Positions 27,966 to 37,900 of a stretch of DNA of 64,000 nt are shown here, piece by piece. Position 1 is the stretch's first letter, and every line of letters starts with the position of its first letter. Position numbers and translations under genes: made by a program. The DNA comes from Clostridia bacterium. Lineage in GTDB: Bacteria > Bacillota > Clostridia > TANB77 > CAG-508. Location: contig JAFRNM010000007.1 of NCBI GenBank assembly GCA_017430135.1, positions 6,266 through 70,265 of the forward strand. Direction: 5' to 3'. The notes below the pieces were generated by a model. That model saw only the letters and a list, made by a program, of their open reading frames with translations, did not search any database and was not told the DNA's origin.

Positions 27966-28126
27966 AAAAATATATTTATTTTTAAAACCTTGTCGTCGCA
28001 ACTTCCTTAGTTGTACAGAAAAATTGCTAAGCAATTTTTCGCACAACTAGGATGTCAGTTGCTCCAGGTCGCACTCGCCAAAGGCTCGTTTGGCGCTTTC
28101 GCGGTTTTAAAATAAATATATTTTTC
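27965..28126 (-). repeat. family B copy 2 (long apex), inverted orientation
   Basis: Arms GAAAAATATATTTATTTTTAAAA / TTTTAAAATAAATATATTTTTC enclose CCTTGTCGTCGCAACTTCC...GTTGCTCCAGGTCGCACTCGCC...GCGCTTTCGCGG. Starts at the mtaB stop codon. Confidence 0.85.
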
Positions 28127-28255
28127 TTTTGTAACAAATTGGTAACATTCTAGTAACAAAAATGTAAAGAAATTTTAATACAAATGTGCTTGTAATTATT
28201 TTCCAAGTATAGTATAAATAATATGAATTCAATAGTTACAAAGGAGGAAATGGCC

Positions 28256-28642
28256 ATGGCAAACATAAACGAAGTTAATGGAGTATTTGGTGGAGTTGAA
28301 ATAGGAACAATAGGAGAAGAAAATAACGGAACTGGATTTTTTGAAAATGGAGCTGAATATGCTGGAAACGGCGTAGAAAATGGCATTAAAGGCAATATTG
28401 AAAATAATATTGTAAATAGAAAATCAAATTTACCAACTAAAACAGGCTTCTGGAATAAATTTAAAGCTGTTATGTTCCAAGATATTCCTTGGAACCATGA
28501 AATTAAAGTTGTTCTAACTCCATATCAACAAAAAGTAGAAGACGAAATCAATGAATTCTTACATCAAGAAATTACTTGGGAAAAAGTACATGATTTCTTA
28601 TTCCAAGAAGTTACATTCGGTAGTAAGAAAAAAAGAGCATAA
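28256..28642 (+). CDS. hypothetical protein (Gly/Asn/Glu-rich N-terminus)
   Basis: ORF with AAGGAGG 9 nt upstream of ATG 28256. No recognisable motif. Confidence 0.45.
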   Translation: MANINEVNGVFGGVEIGTIGEENNGTGFFENGAEYAGNGVENGIKGNIENNIVNRKSNLPTKTGFWNKFKAVMFQDIPWNHEIKVVLTPYQQKVEDEINEFLHQEITWEKVHDFLFQEVTFGSKKKRA

Positions 28643-28667
28643 AAAGAGCATTAAAAATTTTAAAAAG

Positions 28668-28705
28668 TTATAGCATAATTCGAAGAATTATGCTATAATT
28701 TTTTT
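28668..28705 (+). terminator. intrinsic terminator
   Basis: TTATAGCATAATTC-GAA-GAATTATGCTATAA followed by TTTTTTT. Confidence 0.75.
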
Positions 28706-28735
28706 AAATTTTTATATAAAAGGAAGGAAAATTTT

Positions 28736-30097
28736 ATGGCAAAATCTAAAACAGTTTTTGTATGTAATGAATGTGGAAATGAGTCTTCTAAGTGGCTTGG
28801 AAAGTGCCCTGCTTGTGGCAGTTGGAATACATTTTTTGAACAAAAAGTTGTTGAGACAAAAAGTTCAAGTATAAAAAAAGACAAAGCAACAAATATACCA
28901 CAAAAGTTAAACGATTATACTGCAAAAGATACAATAAGAATTCCAACTGGCTTTGGAGAGCTTGATAGAGTACTTGGTGGAGGATTAGTTAAAGGCTCTT
29001 TAACATTGCTAGGTGGAGAACCAGGTATTGGAAAGTCAACTCTTATACTGCAATTATGTGACAAAGTTAAAGGAGAAGGCAAGGTTTTATATGTATCCGG
29101 AGAAGAGTCTGCAGAGCAAATAAAATTAAGAGCTGATAGACTTGGAATAAATAATGAAGATATTTTATTTTTGGGAGAAACAGATATAGATATTGTAAAT
29201 CAGGCTATAATAGATATAAATCCCAAACTTGTAATAATAGATTCTATACAAACTATGTATTCTGAGGAAATAACAGCAGCTCCTGGGAGTGTAAGTCAGG
29301 TAAGAGAAATTACAGCTCAAGTTATGAGAATTTGTAAACAAAATGCAATTACAACAATTATAATTGGCCATGTTACAAAAGATGGTAACATTGCTGGACC
29401 AAGAGTTTTGGAACACATGGTAGATACAGTTTTGTACATTGAAGGTGAAAGATATTTTTCTTATAGAATTTTACGAGGAGTAAAAAATAGATTTGGTTCT
29501 ACAAACGAAATTGGAATGTTTGAAATGAAAGAAGAAGGAATGTGTGAAATTCTAAATCCATCAGATATACTGATTTCTGAAAACGATGAAAACCCTTCAG
29601 GCTCATGTATAATATGCTGCATGGAAGGAACAAGACCTATGCTAATAGAAATTCAAAGTTTAACAACACAAAGTGTGTTTGGTTTTCCAAAAAGAACTGC
29701 AAATGGTGTAGATTATAACAGATTAGCGCTTTTAATTGCGGTATTAGAGAAAAAAGCTGGGTTGAACTTAGGAAACCAAGATGTATATTTAAATATTGTT
29801 GGGGGATTGAAAATAAATGAACCATCAATAGATTTAGGAATTATTTTAAGTGCAACCTCATCTTTTAAAAATACACCAATTCCAAAAGATATGGTTGTAA
29901 TGGGCGAAGTTGGCTTAACAGGTGAAGTTAGAAGAATTAATTATATTGAAAAAAGGCTAAGAGAAGCAGAAAAATTAGGATTCAAATCATGTATAATTCC
30001 AGAAAGTAACAAAAAGGTCTTGAAAGATAAATTCAAATTAGATATAATTGGCGTTAGAGATGTTAATGAGGCAATGAGAAAGGCTGGGTTAAAATAA
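28736..30097 (+). CDS. radA: DNA repair protein RadA (Sms)
   Basis: N-terminal zinc ribbon CNECGNESSKWLGKCPACGSW, RecA-like GEPGIGKST P-loop and a Lon-like C-terminal domain. Confidence 0.9.
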   Translation: MAKSKTVFVCNECGNESSKWLGKCPACGSWNTFFEQKVVETKSSSIKKDKATNIPQKLNDYTAKDTIRIPTGFGELDRVLGGGLVKGSLTLLGGEPGIGKSTLILQLCDKVKGEGKVLYVSGEESAEQIKLRADRLGINNEDILFLGETDIDIVNQAIIDINPKLVIIDSIQTMYSEEITAAPGSVSQVREITAQVMRICKQNAITTIIIGHVTKDGNIAGPRVLEHMVDTVLYIEGERYFSYRILRGVKNRFGSTNEIGMFEMKEEGMCEILNPSDILISENDENPSGSCIICCMEGTRPMLIEIQSLTTQSVFGFPKRTANGVDYNRLALLIAVLEKKAGLNLGNQDVYLNIVGGLKINEPSIDLGIILSATSSFKNTPIPKDMVVMGEVGLTGEVRRINYIEKRLREAEKLGFKSCIIPESNKKVLKDKFKLDIIGVRDVNEAMRKAGLK

Positions 30098-31176
30098 TGA
30101 GAAATACAGAAAATTCTATAACTCAAATTTTAAAGTTAATTGCACCTGGAACACCAATAAGAGACGGATTGGAGAACATTTTAAGAGCTAAAACAGGAGC
30201 ATTACTTTTAATTACAGATAATACAGATGTTTTAAAAGAAATTGTAGATGGAGGATTTACAATAAATGAAGAATATTCTTCATCTAAATTATATGAACTT
30301 GCTAAAATGGATGGAGCAATAGTTTTAAGTGGTGACTTTAAGAAAATTCTTTTTGCAAATGCCCAACTAATTCCGTCACATAATATACCAACATTAGAAA
30401 CAGGAACAAGACATAGAACAGCTGAAAGAACTGCGAAACAGACGGGGGAATTAGTAATAAGCATTTCACAAAGAAGAAATATAATTACAATTTTTAAAGG
30501 AAATGAAAGATATATTTTAGAAAATACAAATACAGTATTAAATAAGGCAAATCAAGCAATTCAAACGCTAGAAAGATATAAAAAGGTATTTGATAGTAAA
30601 CTAAATACTTTAAATGAATATGAATTCAATGATATTGTAACACTTCAAAATGTAATTGTAGCAATACAAAGAGCAGAAATGGTTATGAGGATTGCGGAAG
30701 AAATAGAAGTAAATATTGCAGAACTTGGAAGTGATGGAAGGCTTGTTAGAATGCAATTGGAAGAATTACTTGGAGATATTGAAACAGAAGAGCTTCTAAT
30801 AATAAAAGATTACATGATTAAAAAAAGAAAAAAATCACAAATAGAAGATATTTTACAAAAATTATCAGATCTTTCATATGAAGAATTAAACAATGAAAAT
30901 TCGATTGCAAAAATTTTAGGGTATGAAATGTTTGAAAACTTTGACGAAGTTGGAGTATATACAAAAGGTTATAGAATTTTAAATAAAATCCCGCGAATGC
31001 CAAGTTCAATTGTAGAAAATTTAATTTCTTCTTTTAAATCTTTTCAACATATTTTAGCAGCCGATATTGAACATTTAGACGAAGTTGATGGGATTGGAGA
31101 AGTTAGAGCTCGTACAATTAAACAATCTTTAAATAGAATGCAAGAACAATTTGTATTTGACAATTTATTAATTTAG
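30097..31176 (+). CDS. disA: DNA integrity scanning protein DisA (diadenylate cyclase)
   Basis: LIAPGTPIRDGLENILRAKTGALLLI DAC domain and C-terminal HhH (GIGEVRARTIKQSL). ATGA overlap with radA. Confidence 0.9.
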   Translation: MRNTENSITQILKLIAPGTPIRDGLENILRAKTGALLLITDNTDVLKEIVDGGFTINEEYSSSKLYELAKMDGAIVLSGDFKKILFANAQLIPSHNIPTLETGTRHRTAERTAKQTGELVISISQRRNIITIFKGNERYILENTNTVLNKANQAIQTLERYKKVFDSKLNTLNEYEFNDIVTLQNVIVAIQRAEMVMRIAEEIEVNIAELGSDGRLVRMQLEELLGDIETEELLIIKDYMIKKRKKSQIEDILQKLSDLSYEELNNENSIAKILGYEMFENFDEVGVYTKGYRILNKIPRMPSSIVENLISSFKSFQHILAADIEHLDEVDGIGEVRARTIKQSLNRMQEQFVFDNLLI

Positions 31177-31188
31177 TAATACAATGCT

Positions 31189-31336
31189 TTTATAATTTTA
31201 TTATATTTTTTTTAATTCCTTGGTGTCGCAATTTCCATATTTTAAAATACTAGTATGTAAATTGCTCCAGTCGCCCTGCGCTTCGCTTCGGTTGGTCGCT
31301 TACGCGGAATTCAAAAATAATATAATAAAATATAAA
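31189..31336 (-). repeat. family B copy 3 (short apex), inverted orientation
   Basis: CCTTGGTGTCGCAATTTCCATATTTTAAAATACTAGTATGTAAATTGCTCCAGTCGCCCTGCGCTTCGCTTCGGTTGGTCGCTTACGCGG between AT-rich inverted arms. Confidence 0.85.
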
Positions 31337-31366
31337 TAGATTATATTTAAAAGGAGAATTAAAAAA

Positions 31367-32137
31367 ATGAGTAAATCAAGTAAAATAATATGGACAATAG
31401 CACTAGTAATTTTAGTAGTTTTAATAGGAATGGTAGCATTTGGCTATTTTCAAAAATTAACAGTTAAAGACCAAAAGCCAATTGCAACAATGGAAGTTGA
31501 AAATTTTGGAACAATAAAAATGGAATTATATCCAGATATAGCACCAGAGTCAGTAGCAAACTTTATAACACTTGCTAATAGAGGATTTTATGATGGTTTA
31601 ACATTCCACAGAATAGTAAAAGACTTCATGATTCAAGGTGGAGACCAAGCTGGAGATGGAACAGGTTCAGCAAAATTAAGCAATTTAAGAGATTTAAAAG
31701 AAGGCGAAGCTGACGAAGAATATACAATAAAAGGTGAATTCTTATTAAATAAAGTTGAAAATAAGCTAAAGATGACAGAAGGAGTTCTTGCAATGGCAAG
31801 ATCAAATTCTTATGATTCAGCATCATCACAATTCTTTATTGTAACAAAAGATACAGCATCTCTAAATGGTTCTTATGCTGGTTTTGGAAAAGTTATTGAA
31901 GGAATGGATATAGTTCATAAAATAGAAGAAGTTGAAGTAAAAGCGAAAGATAATTCAGGAGAAAATGCAGAAGTTAGTACACCAGTAAATACAGTAAAAA
32001 TAACTTCAATAAGAGTTGAAACAAATGGAATAGATTATGGAATGCCAAATACAATTGCACCACAACCTGCTTATGATTATTCTTCATTATATGAGCAAAT
32101 GGGAATTGATCCAAGTACAATTGTAACAAACGAATAA
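31367..32137 (+). CDS. membrane-anchored cyclophilin-type peptidyl-prolyl isomerase
   Basis: N-terminal TM followed by FHRIVKDFMIQGGD...MARSNSYDSASSQFFI cyclophilin motifs. Confidence 0.85.
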   Translation: MSKSSKIIWTIALVILVVLIGMVAFGYFQKLTVKDQKPIATMEVENFGTIKMELYPDIAPESVANFITLANRGFYDGLTFHRIVKDFMIQGGDQAGDGTGSAKLSNLRDLKEGEADEEYTIKGEFLLNKVENKLKMTEGVLAMARSNSYDSASSQFFIVTKDTASLNGSYAGFGKVIEGMDIVHKIEEVEVKAKDNSGENAEVSTPVNTVKITSIRVETNGIDYGMPNTIAPQPAYDYSSLYEQMGIDPSTIVTNE

Positions 32138-32166
32138 AAAATAGAACTTTAAAGTTCTATTTTTTA
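32136..32166 (+). terminator. intrinsic terminator
   Basis: AAAAAATAGAACTTT/AAAGTTCTATTTTTT. Confidence 0.75.
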
Positions 32167-32227
32167 TGCTTCAAAATATAAATTGTATAGTAAAATACAT
32201 AAATTTATATTTGGAGGAAAAAATAAA

Positions 32228-32602
32228 ATGGAAACAAAAAGTAATTCAATCAATAATATAATGAAAGGCGTTGGAATATCACTAGTTTCAACAACAGCTT
32301 TCTTATTGATTTTCTCTGCAATGTTAGCATATACAAATATTTCAGAACAAGTAATAAAGCCGGTAGTAATAGTAGTTCTGGCTATTAGCGTTTTAATAGG
32401 AAGTTCAATAGGAAATAACAAAATTAAGAAAAATGGACTGATAAATGGAGCTTTTATTGGTTTTACATATATGATAATTATTCATTTGGTTTCAAGTATA
32501 TTAAATTCAGATTTTGGATTAAACCTTTATTCTGTGATATTTATTATTTCAGGGGTTTTATTTGGAATTGTAGGAGGTATAATTGGAATAAATAAAAAGT
32601 AA
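32228..32602 (+). CDS. small polytopic membrane protein (YrzE/TIGR04086-like)
   Basis: ATG 32228 behind GGAGG. 124 aa with four hydrophobic segments. Family assignment is tentative. Confidence 0.45.
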   Translation: METKSNSINNIMKGVGISLVSTTAFLLIFSAMLAYTNISEQVIKPVVIVVLAISVLIGSSIGNNKIKKNGLINGAFIGFTYMIIIHLVSSILNSDFGLNLYSVIFIISGVLFGIVGGIIGINKK

Positions 32603-32689
32603 ATAATTTTTTGAAAAAATGGTTGATATTTTTTTACATTTAATATAAAATCAAATGGACAAAAAATTATAAATGAGAGGATGAAAAAG

Positions 32690-34114
32690 ATGAAGAAAAA
32701 CAAATTAAAACTAATCACACTTATTTTATTAGTAATATTAATAATAATGGTAGGATTTTTTGGCGTGTATTCTAGAGAAAAAGGAATTGCTAAAAACAAT
32801 GTAAAAGACTATGAATATGCTACAAATATAAATGGGGCTAGAATTGCAAAATTTGAACTTAGTACATCAACAAAAGAGACAATAAAAGATGCTGATGGAA
32901 AAGTTATAGAAGATGCTACAGAAGAGGAAATAGCTGAAAAAGGTTACACAAAACAAGAAGAACCTGTAAATAAAGATGAAAATAAAACACATGAAAATTA
33001 CGAATTAACAAAACAAATTATAAAATCAAGATTAGATAAAATGGGAGTTAAGAGTTATGTTTTAAGATTAGATGAAGAAACAGGAAATCTAATTGTAGAA
33101 CTTCCAGAAAATGACAACACAGATAGTATTATAAATATTATTTCAACAGTTGGAAAATTTGAAATAGTTGATGCAGATACAAATGAAGTTTTATTAAATA
33201 ATGATGATATCAGCACAAGCAATATATATAGAAATACAACTGCTTATGGTACAGAAATGTCATTTTCAATAGAGTTTACTTCTGAAGGTGCTAAAAAGTT
33301 AGAAGAAGTTAGCAAAAACTATGCAACTATAAAAGAAGATAATAAATCAGAAGAAACATCAGAAAATTCAGAAGAGGCTACGGTAAGTGAAAATAATGAG
33401 GGAACTGCAACTGAAGAAAAGAAAGAGAAAAAAGTATCTTTAAAATTAGATGATACAGAATTAATGTCAACAAGTTTTGACGACCCAGTAACAACAGGAA
33501 AAATGTATTTAACAGTAGGACAAGCTGCAACAACATCTGAGGATTTAGAAAGTAATTACACACAAGCTCAAAGAATGTCAACATTATTATCTACAAAACC
33601 AATGCCATTAACATATAATAGTGATAGCAGTACATTTGTAGAAGGAGCTTTAAAAGAAAATATTACAAATAAAATATTAATCGGAGTTGCAATAGTAATA
33701 ACAATAGCTGTTGTAATATTATTAGCTAAATACAAAGTAAAAGGATTATTTGCAGGAATTTGTTTTGCAGGATTATCAGCATTATTATTATTAACAGTAA
33801 GATATTGGAATGTTGAATTATCAAAAGAAGGCATTGTTGCTATATTTGCTGTATTAGTTTTAAACTTTATCTTAGTATATAAAATGTTAAATGGTTTAAG
33901 AAAAGAAGAAGATAATAAAAAGGTAGAAACAAAACATGTAATAAATATGGCAATAAAAGACTTTACACTAAAAGTAATTCCATTATTTATATTTGCTGTA
34001 GTATTTGCATTTGGAACATGGGAAGCAGCAAGCAGCTTCGGAATGGTAATGTTCTGGGGATTAACTTTAATAGAGTTGTATAATTTATTCATAACAAAAA
34101 ATATATTAAAATAG
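32690..34114 (+). CDS. SecD-like membrane protein (divergent)
   Basis: N-terminal TM. Periplasmic head resembling SecD P1 (IIKSRLDKMGVKSYVLRLDEETGNLIVELPENDNTDSIINIISTVGKFEIVD). C-terminal multi-TM bundle. The canonical GMAVDANV-type motif was not found. Confidence 0.5.
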   Translation: MKKNKLKLITLILLVILIIMVGFFGVYSREKGIAKNNVKDYEYATNINGARIAKFELSTSTKETIKDADGKVIEDATEEEIAEKGYTKQEEPVNKDENKTHENYELTKQIIKSRLDKMGVKSYVLRLDEETGNLIVELPENDNTDSIINIISTVGKFEIVDADTNEVLLNNDDISTSNIYRNTTAYGTEMSFSIEFTSEGAKKLEEVSKNYATIKEDNKSEETSENSEEATVSENNEGTATEEKKEKKVSLKLDDTELMSTSFDDPVTTGKMYLTVGQAATTSEDLESNYTQAQRMSTLLSTKPMPLTYNSDSSTFVEGALKENITNKILIGVAIVITIAVVILLAKYKVKGLFAGICFAGLSALLLLTVRYWNVELSKEGIVAIFAVLVLNFILVYKMLNGLRKEEDNKKVETKHVINMAIKDFTLKVIPLFIFAVVFAFGTWEAASSFGMVMFWGLTLIELYNLFITKNILK

Positions 34115-34126
34115 AGGTGGAATGAG

Positions 34127-34774
34127 ATGAAAAAATCATTAGTATTGATTTTAATTGTATCAATTATTGCTGGCTTAATAGTAATCTTTACAGTAGGATT
34201 TAACCTAAAAGTTACAACAAAAGCTCATCAAGAAATACTAGTAAACATAGGTGAAGAATATAAAAACGAAGAAGTTAAACAACTTGCAAAAGAAGTAATT
34301 GGAAATGATATAGAAGTACAAAAAACAGGGGACTTTGAAGATCAAGCAGTTATTTCAGCTGAAACTATTTCAAAAGAGCAAGTTACTGAAATTGTAAACA
34401 AAATAAATGAAAAATATGGAAAAGAAATATCAGATGGAAGCATAACAATAAATGATGTTCCAGCAGCAAGAGTATCAGAAATGTTTATGCCACAAATTTG
34501 GAGTTTTATAATTGCAACAATAATAATATTTGTATATTTTGCTATAAGATATAAAAAACAAGGTGTAGCTAGAGTATTACTAACAGCAATTATAGGATTG
34601 GGACTTTTGGAACTATTAGTATCAAGCATTATAGCTTTAATTAGAATACCAGTAGGACAAAATATAGTATCAATTATTTATATAACTTATGCAATAGCAA
34701 TGTTAGTTGTTACAACAATGTTTGAAAAAAAGGCACAACAACTAAAGCTAGAAGAAGAAAAGAAGAAAAAATAA
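34127..34774 (+). CDS. SecF-like membrane protein (short, divergent)
   Basis: 215 aa: TM, about 100-aa extracytoplasmic domain, then YFAIRYKKQGVARVLLTAIIGL... resembling the SecF TM2-4 region. Shorter than a typical SecF. Confidence 0.4.
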   Translation: MKKSLVLILIVSIIAGLIVIFTVGFNLKVTTKAHQEILVNIGEEYKNEEVKQLAKEVIGNDIEVQKTGDFEDQAVISAETISKEQVTEIVNKINEKYGKEISDGSITINDVPAARVSEMFMPQIWSFIIATIIIFVYFAIRYKKQGVARVLLTAIIGLGLLELLVSSIIALIRIPVGQNIVSIIYITYAIAMLVVTTMFEKKAQQLKLEEEKKKK

Positions 34775-34778
34775 AAAT

Positions 34779-34887
34779 GAGCAATTCGGGGACACTTCCT
34801 GAGCAATTCGGGGACACTTCCCAAAATGTACAAATTTTGTACATTTTGGGAAGTGTCCCCGAATTGCTCAGGAAGTGTCTCAAAATT
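34779..34887. repeat. family D nested palindrome (about 109 bp)
   Basis: GAGCAATTCGGGGACACTTCC appears twice, then CAAAATGTACAAA|TTTGTACATTTTG, then GGAAGTGTCCCCGAATTGCTC and AGGAAGTGTCTCAAAATTG. Near-perfect two-tier inverted repeat. Confidence 0.85.
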
Positions 34888-34967
34888 GTTTAAAAATTTT
34901 CATTTGTTCGCTTTAATTTAAAAACAAAATATGATAAAATTCGACTATATAAAAAGGAGAGATAAAT

Positions 34968-37900
34968 GTGGCAGAAAAGAACAAAAAAATAGGGGAGGTT
35001 TTTCCAGATTATAAAACAAACAGTAACATCAAATATGCATATGTTCAGGCTTTAAAGGTAAATAAAAAGACCAATACACTATGCATTATGATAGGAATAG
35101 ATGAGTATATCGAAGTAAAAGAGATTTGGTTTTTAGAAAAATTTCTAATGGAACGTTTTAATTTTGGAAATATTGATACATATATTAAATATACAGACAA
35201 TGTTGAAATAAAAAGCATTCAAGAAGAATGGAAAAACGTTATTTGTTATATGGCACATAAGTATCCACTAGCAAAGCCAATGCTTTTAATGAATGCCGAT
35301 ATAGATGTTCAAGATAATAAAATAAATGTAAAAATGCATATAAAAGGTGCAGATTTTCTAAGGGCTAAAAAGTCTGATAAAACTTTAGAAATGCTTATAA
35401 AAAATATAATGGGAAAAGAATATAAAATCGAAATTACAGAAGATTTAAACCAAGACGCAATAAAGAAAATAGAAGAAGAAGCAAGAAAAGCAGAAAATAG
35501 TGTTGTAAGCAAAGTAATGGAAAGTCTAGAAAGTGCTAAAAGAGAGCAAGAAGCAAGTAAAGAAATGGCGTTTGAAAATGAAGCTGCAAATGGTGTAGAC
35601 CCTAATTATATGCCTCCATCTGATAGCGATATGCCATACATGGGAGGCGAAGGAATGCCAGAAGATTATATGCCACCAGAACTACCAGAATATGAACAAG
35701 AGCAAACTCTGATTTTAGGAAAAGCAACAAAAGCAAAAGAAAATAGAGTTAAAATAAAAGAAATAACTCCAAGCGATGCAAGAATTACACTAGAAGGAAG
35801 AGTAAGTAATGTAGAAAAAAGACTTACAAAATCAGAAAAAGTATTATTAATATTTGAATTGTTTGATGGCTCTGGTACAATAACTTGTAAATCATTTACA
35901 ATTCCAGATGAAGCAGAAGCTGTAATTGCAAAATTAGAAGAAGCAAATACAGTAAAACTAATAGGAAAAGCAAATCTTGATGCTTATGCAGGAGATGTAA
36001 CAGTAATTGCAAATACAATTTTTCAAACCAATAATGATTCAATTCCTAAGAAAGAAGATGTGGAAGAAGAAGAAACACCACTAATTTTAGGGTTTAACCA
36101 AAATGTTGGGGAAAAAATAACAAAAATAACTGATTTAGGGCCAGAAGATGGAAAAGTTGTACTTAAAGGAGAAGTGCTTAACATGGAGCCACGAGAATTA
36201 AAATCAGGAAAAACATTACTAAGTTTTGACTTATATGATGGTACAAGTACATTAACATGTAAAGCATTTTTAAATAAAGACCAAGCCAAAAAGGTTCCAA
36301 AAAGATTAAAGAAAGCTAAAGGAATAAAAATTGAAGGTAATGCTGGAATGGACAACTTTTCTGGTGAACTTTCTGTAATGGCAAATACAATAATAGAAAC
36401 AGAAGGCTTGAAAAAAGAAATAAGAATGGATAACGCACCTGTAAAAAGAGTTGAGTTACACATGCATACCAAAATGAGTCAAATGGATGCCATGACATCA
36501 GCACAAGATTTAATTAAAAGAGCTATGAAATGGGGCATGAAATCAATAGCAATAACAGATCATGGAGTTGTTCAAAGCTTCCCTGAAGCACATAAATTAC
36601 TTGGCGTAGATAATCCGGATATGAAGGTGTTGTATGGAGTAGAAGCTTATTTAGCACCAGATAATACTCAAAATGTTTACAATTCAAAAGGTCAAAATAT
36701 AGATACAACATATTGTGTATTAGACTTGGAAACAACTGGTTTTTCAGCAAAAACAGAAAAAATAACAGAAGTCGGAATAATGAAAGTACAAAATGGAGAA
36801 GTTGTAGACGAATTTAGCTGTTTTGTAAATCCAGAAAAACATATTCCAGAAAGAGTTACAGAAGTTACACATATTACAGATGAAATGGTAAAAGATGCAG
36901 AAACCATAGAAAAGGTATTTCCGAAAATTTTAGATTTTTTAGGAGACACTAAAAATACTGTAATAGTAGCACATAATGCAAATTTTGATGTTGGATTTTT
37001 AAGACAAAATGCAATAAATTTAGGTTTAGACTTTGATTATACATATTTAGATACATTAAGTTTAGCCAAAGATTTATTCCCAGATTACAAAACCTATAAA
37101 CTAGGAAAAATCGCAGAAAGGCTGGGAATTAAGGTAGAAGTAGCACACCGTGCATTGGATGATGTAGATACAACAGTTAAAGTGTTTAATGTAATGATAG
37201 ATATGTTAAAAGACAAAGGTGTAAAAACAATAGATGATATAGATTTAATGGCAGCTGATGAAGAAACAAAGAAAGAAGAATACAAAAAATTAAAAACATA
37301 TCATGCAATAATTTTAGCTAAAAACTATGTTGGTTTAAGAAATTTATATAGATTAGTTTCACTTTCGCACTTACATTATTTTTATAGAAAACCAAGAATT
37401 CTAAAAAGCTTGTATAAAAAATATTCGGAAGGTTTAATATTAGGAAGTGCATGTGAAGCTGGAGAATTATATCAAGCAATAGAATTAGGAAAGACAGATG
37501 ATGAAATAGAAGCAATTGCAAACGATTATGACTATCTAGAAATTCAACCAACTGGAAACAATAATTTCTTAATTAGAAATGGTACGGTTCCAGATGAAGA
37601 AGCATTAAGAGATATAAATAGAAAAATTGTTGAGGTAGGAGAAAAACTAGGAAAACCAGTATGTGCAACATGTGATGTTCACTTTATGGACCCACAAGAT
37701 GAGATTTATAGAAGAATATTAGAAGCAGGTCAAAAATATGATGATGCAGATAATCAAGCACCATTATATTTAAGAACAACAGAAGAAATGCTCGAAGAAT
37801 TCAAATATTTAGGCGAAGAAAAAGCTTATGAAGTTGTTGTAACAAACACAAATAAAATAGCGGATATGTGTGAACAAATAAGCCCAATATCACCAGAAAA

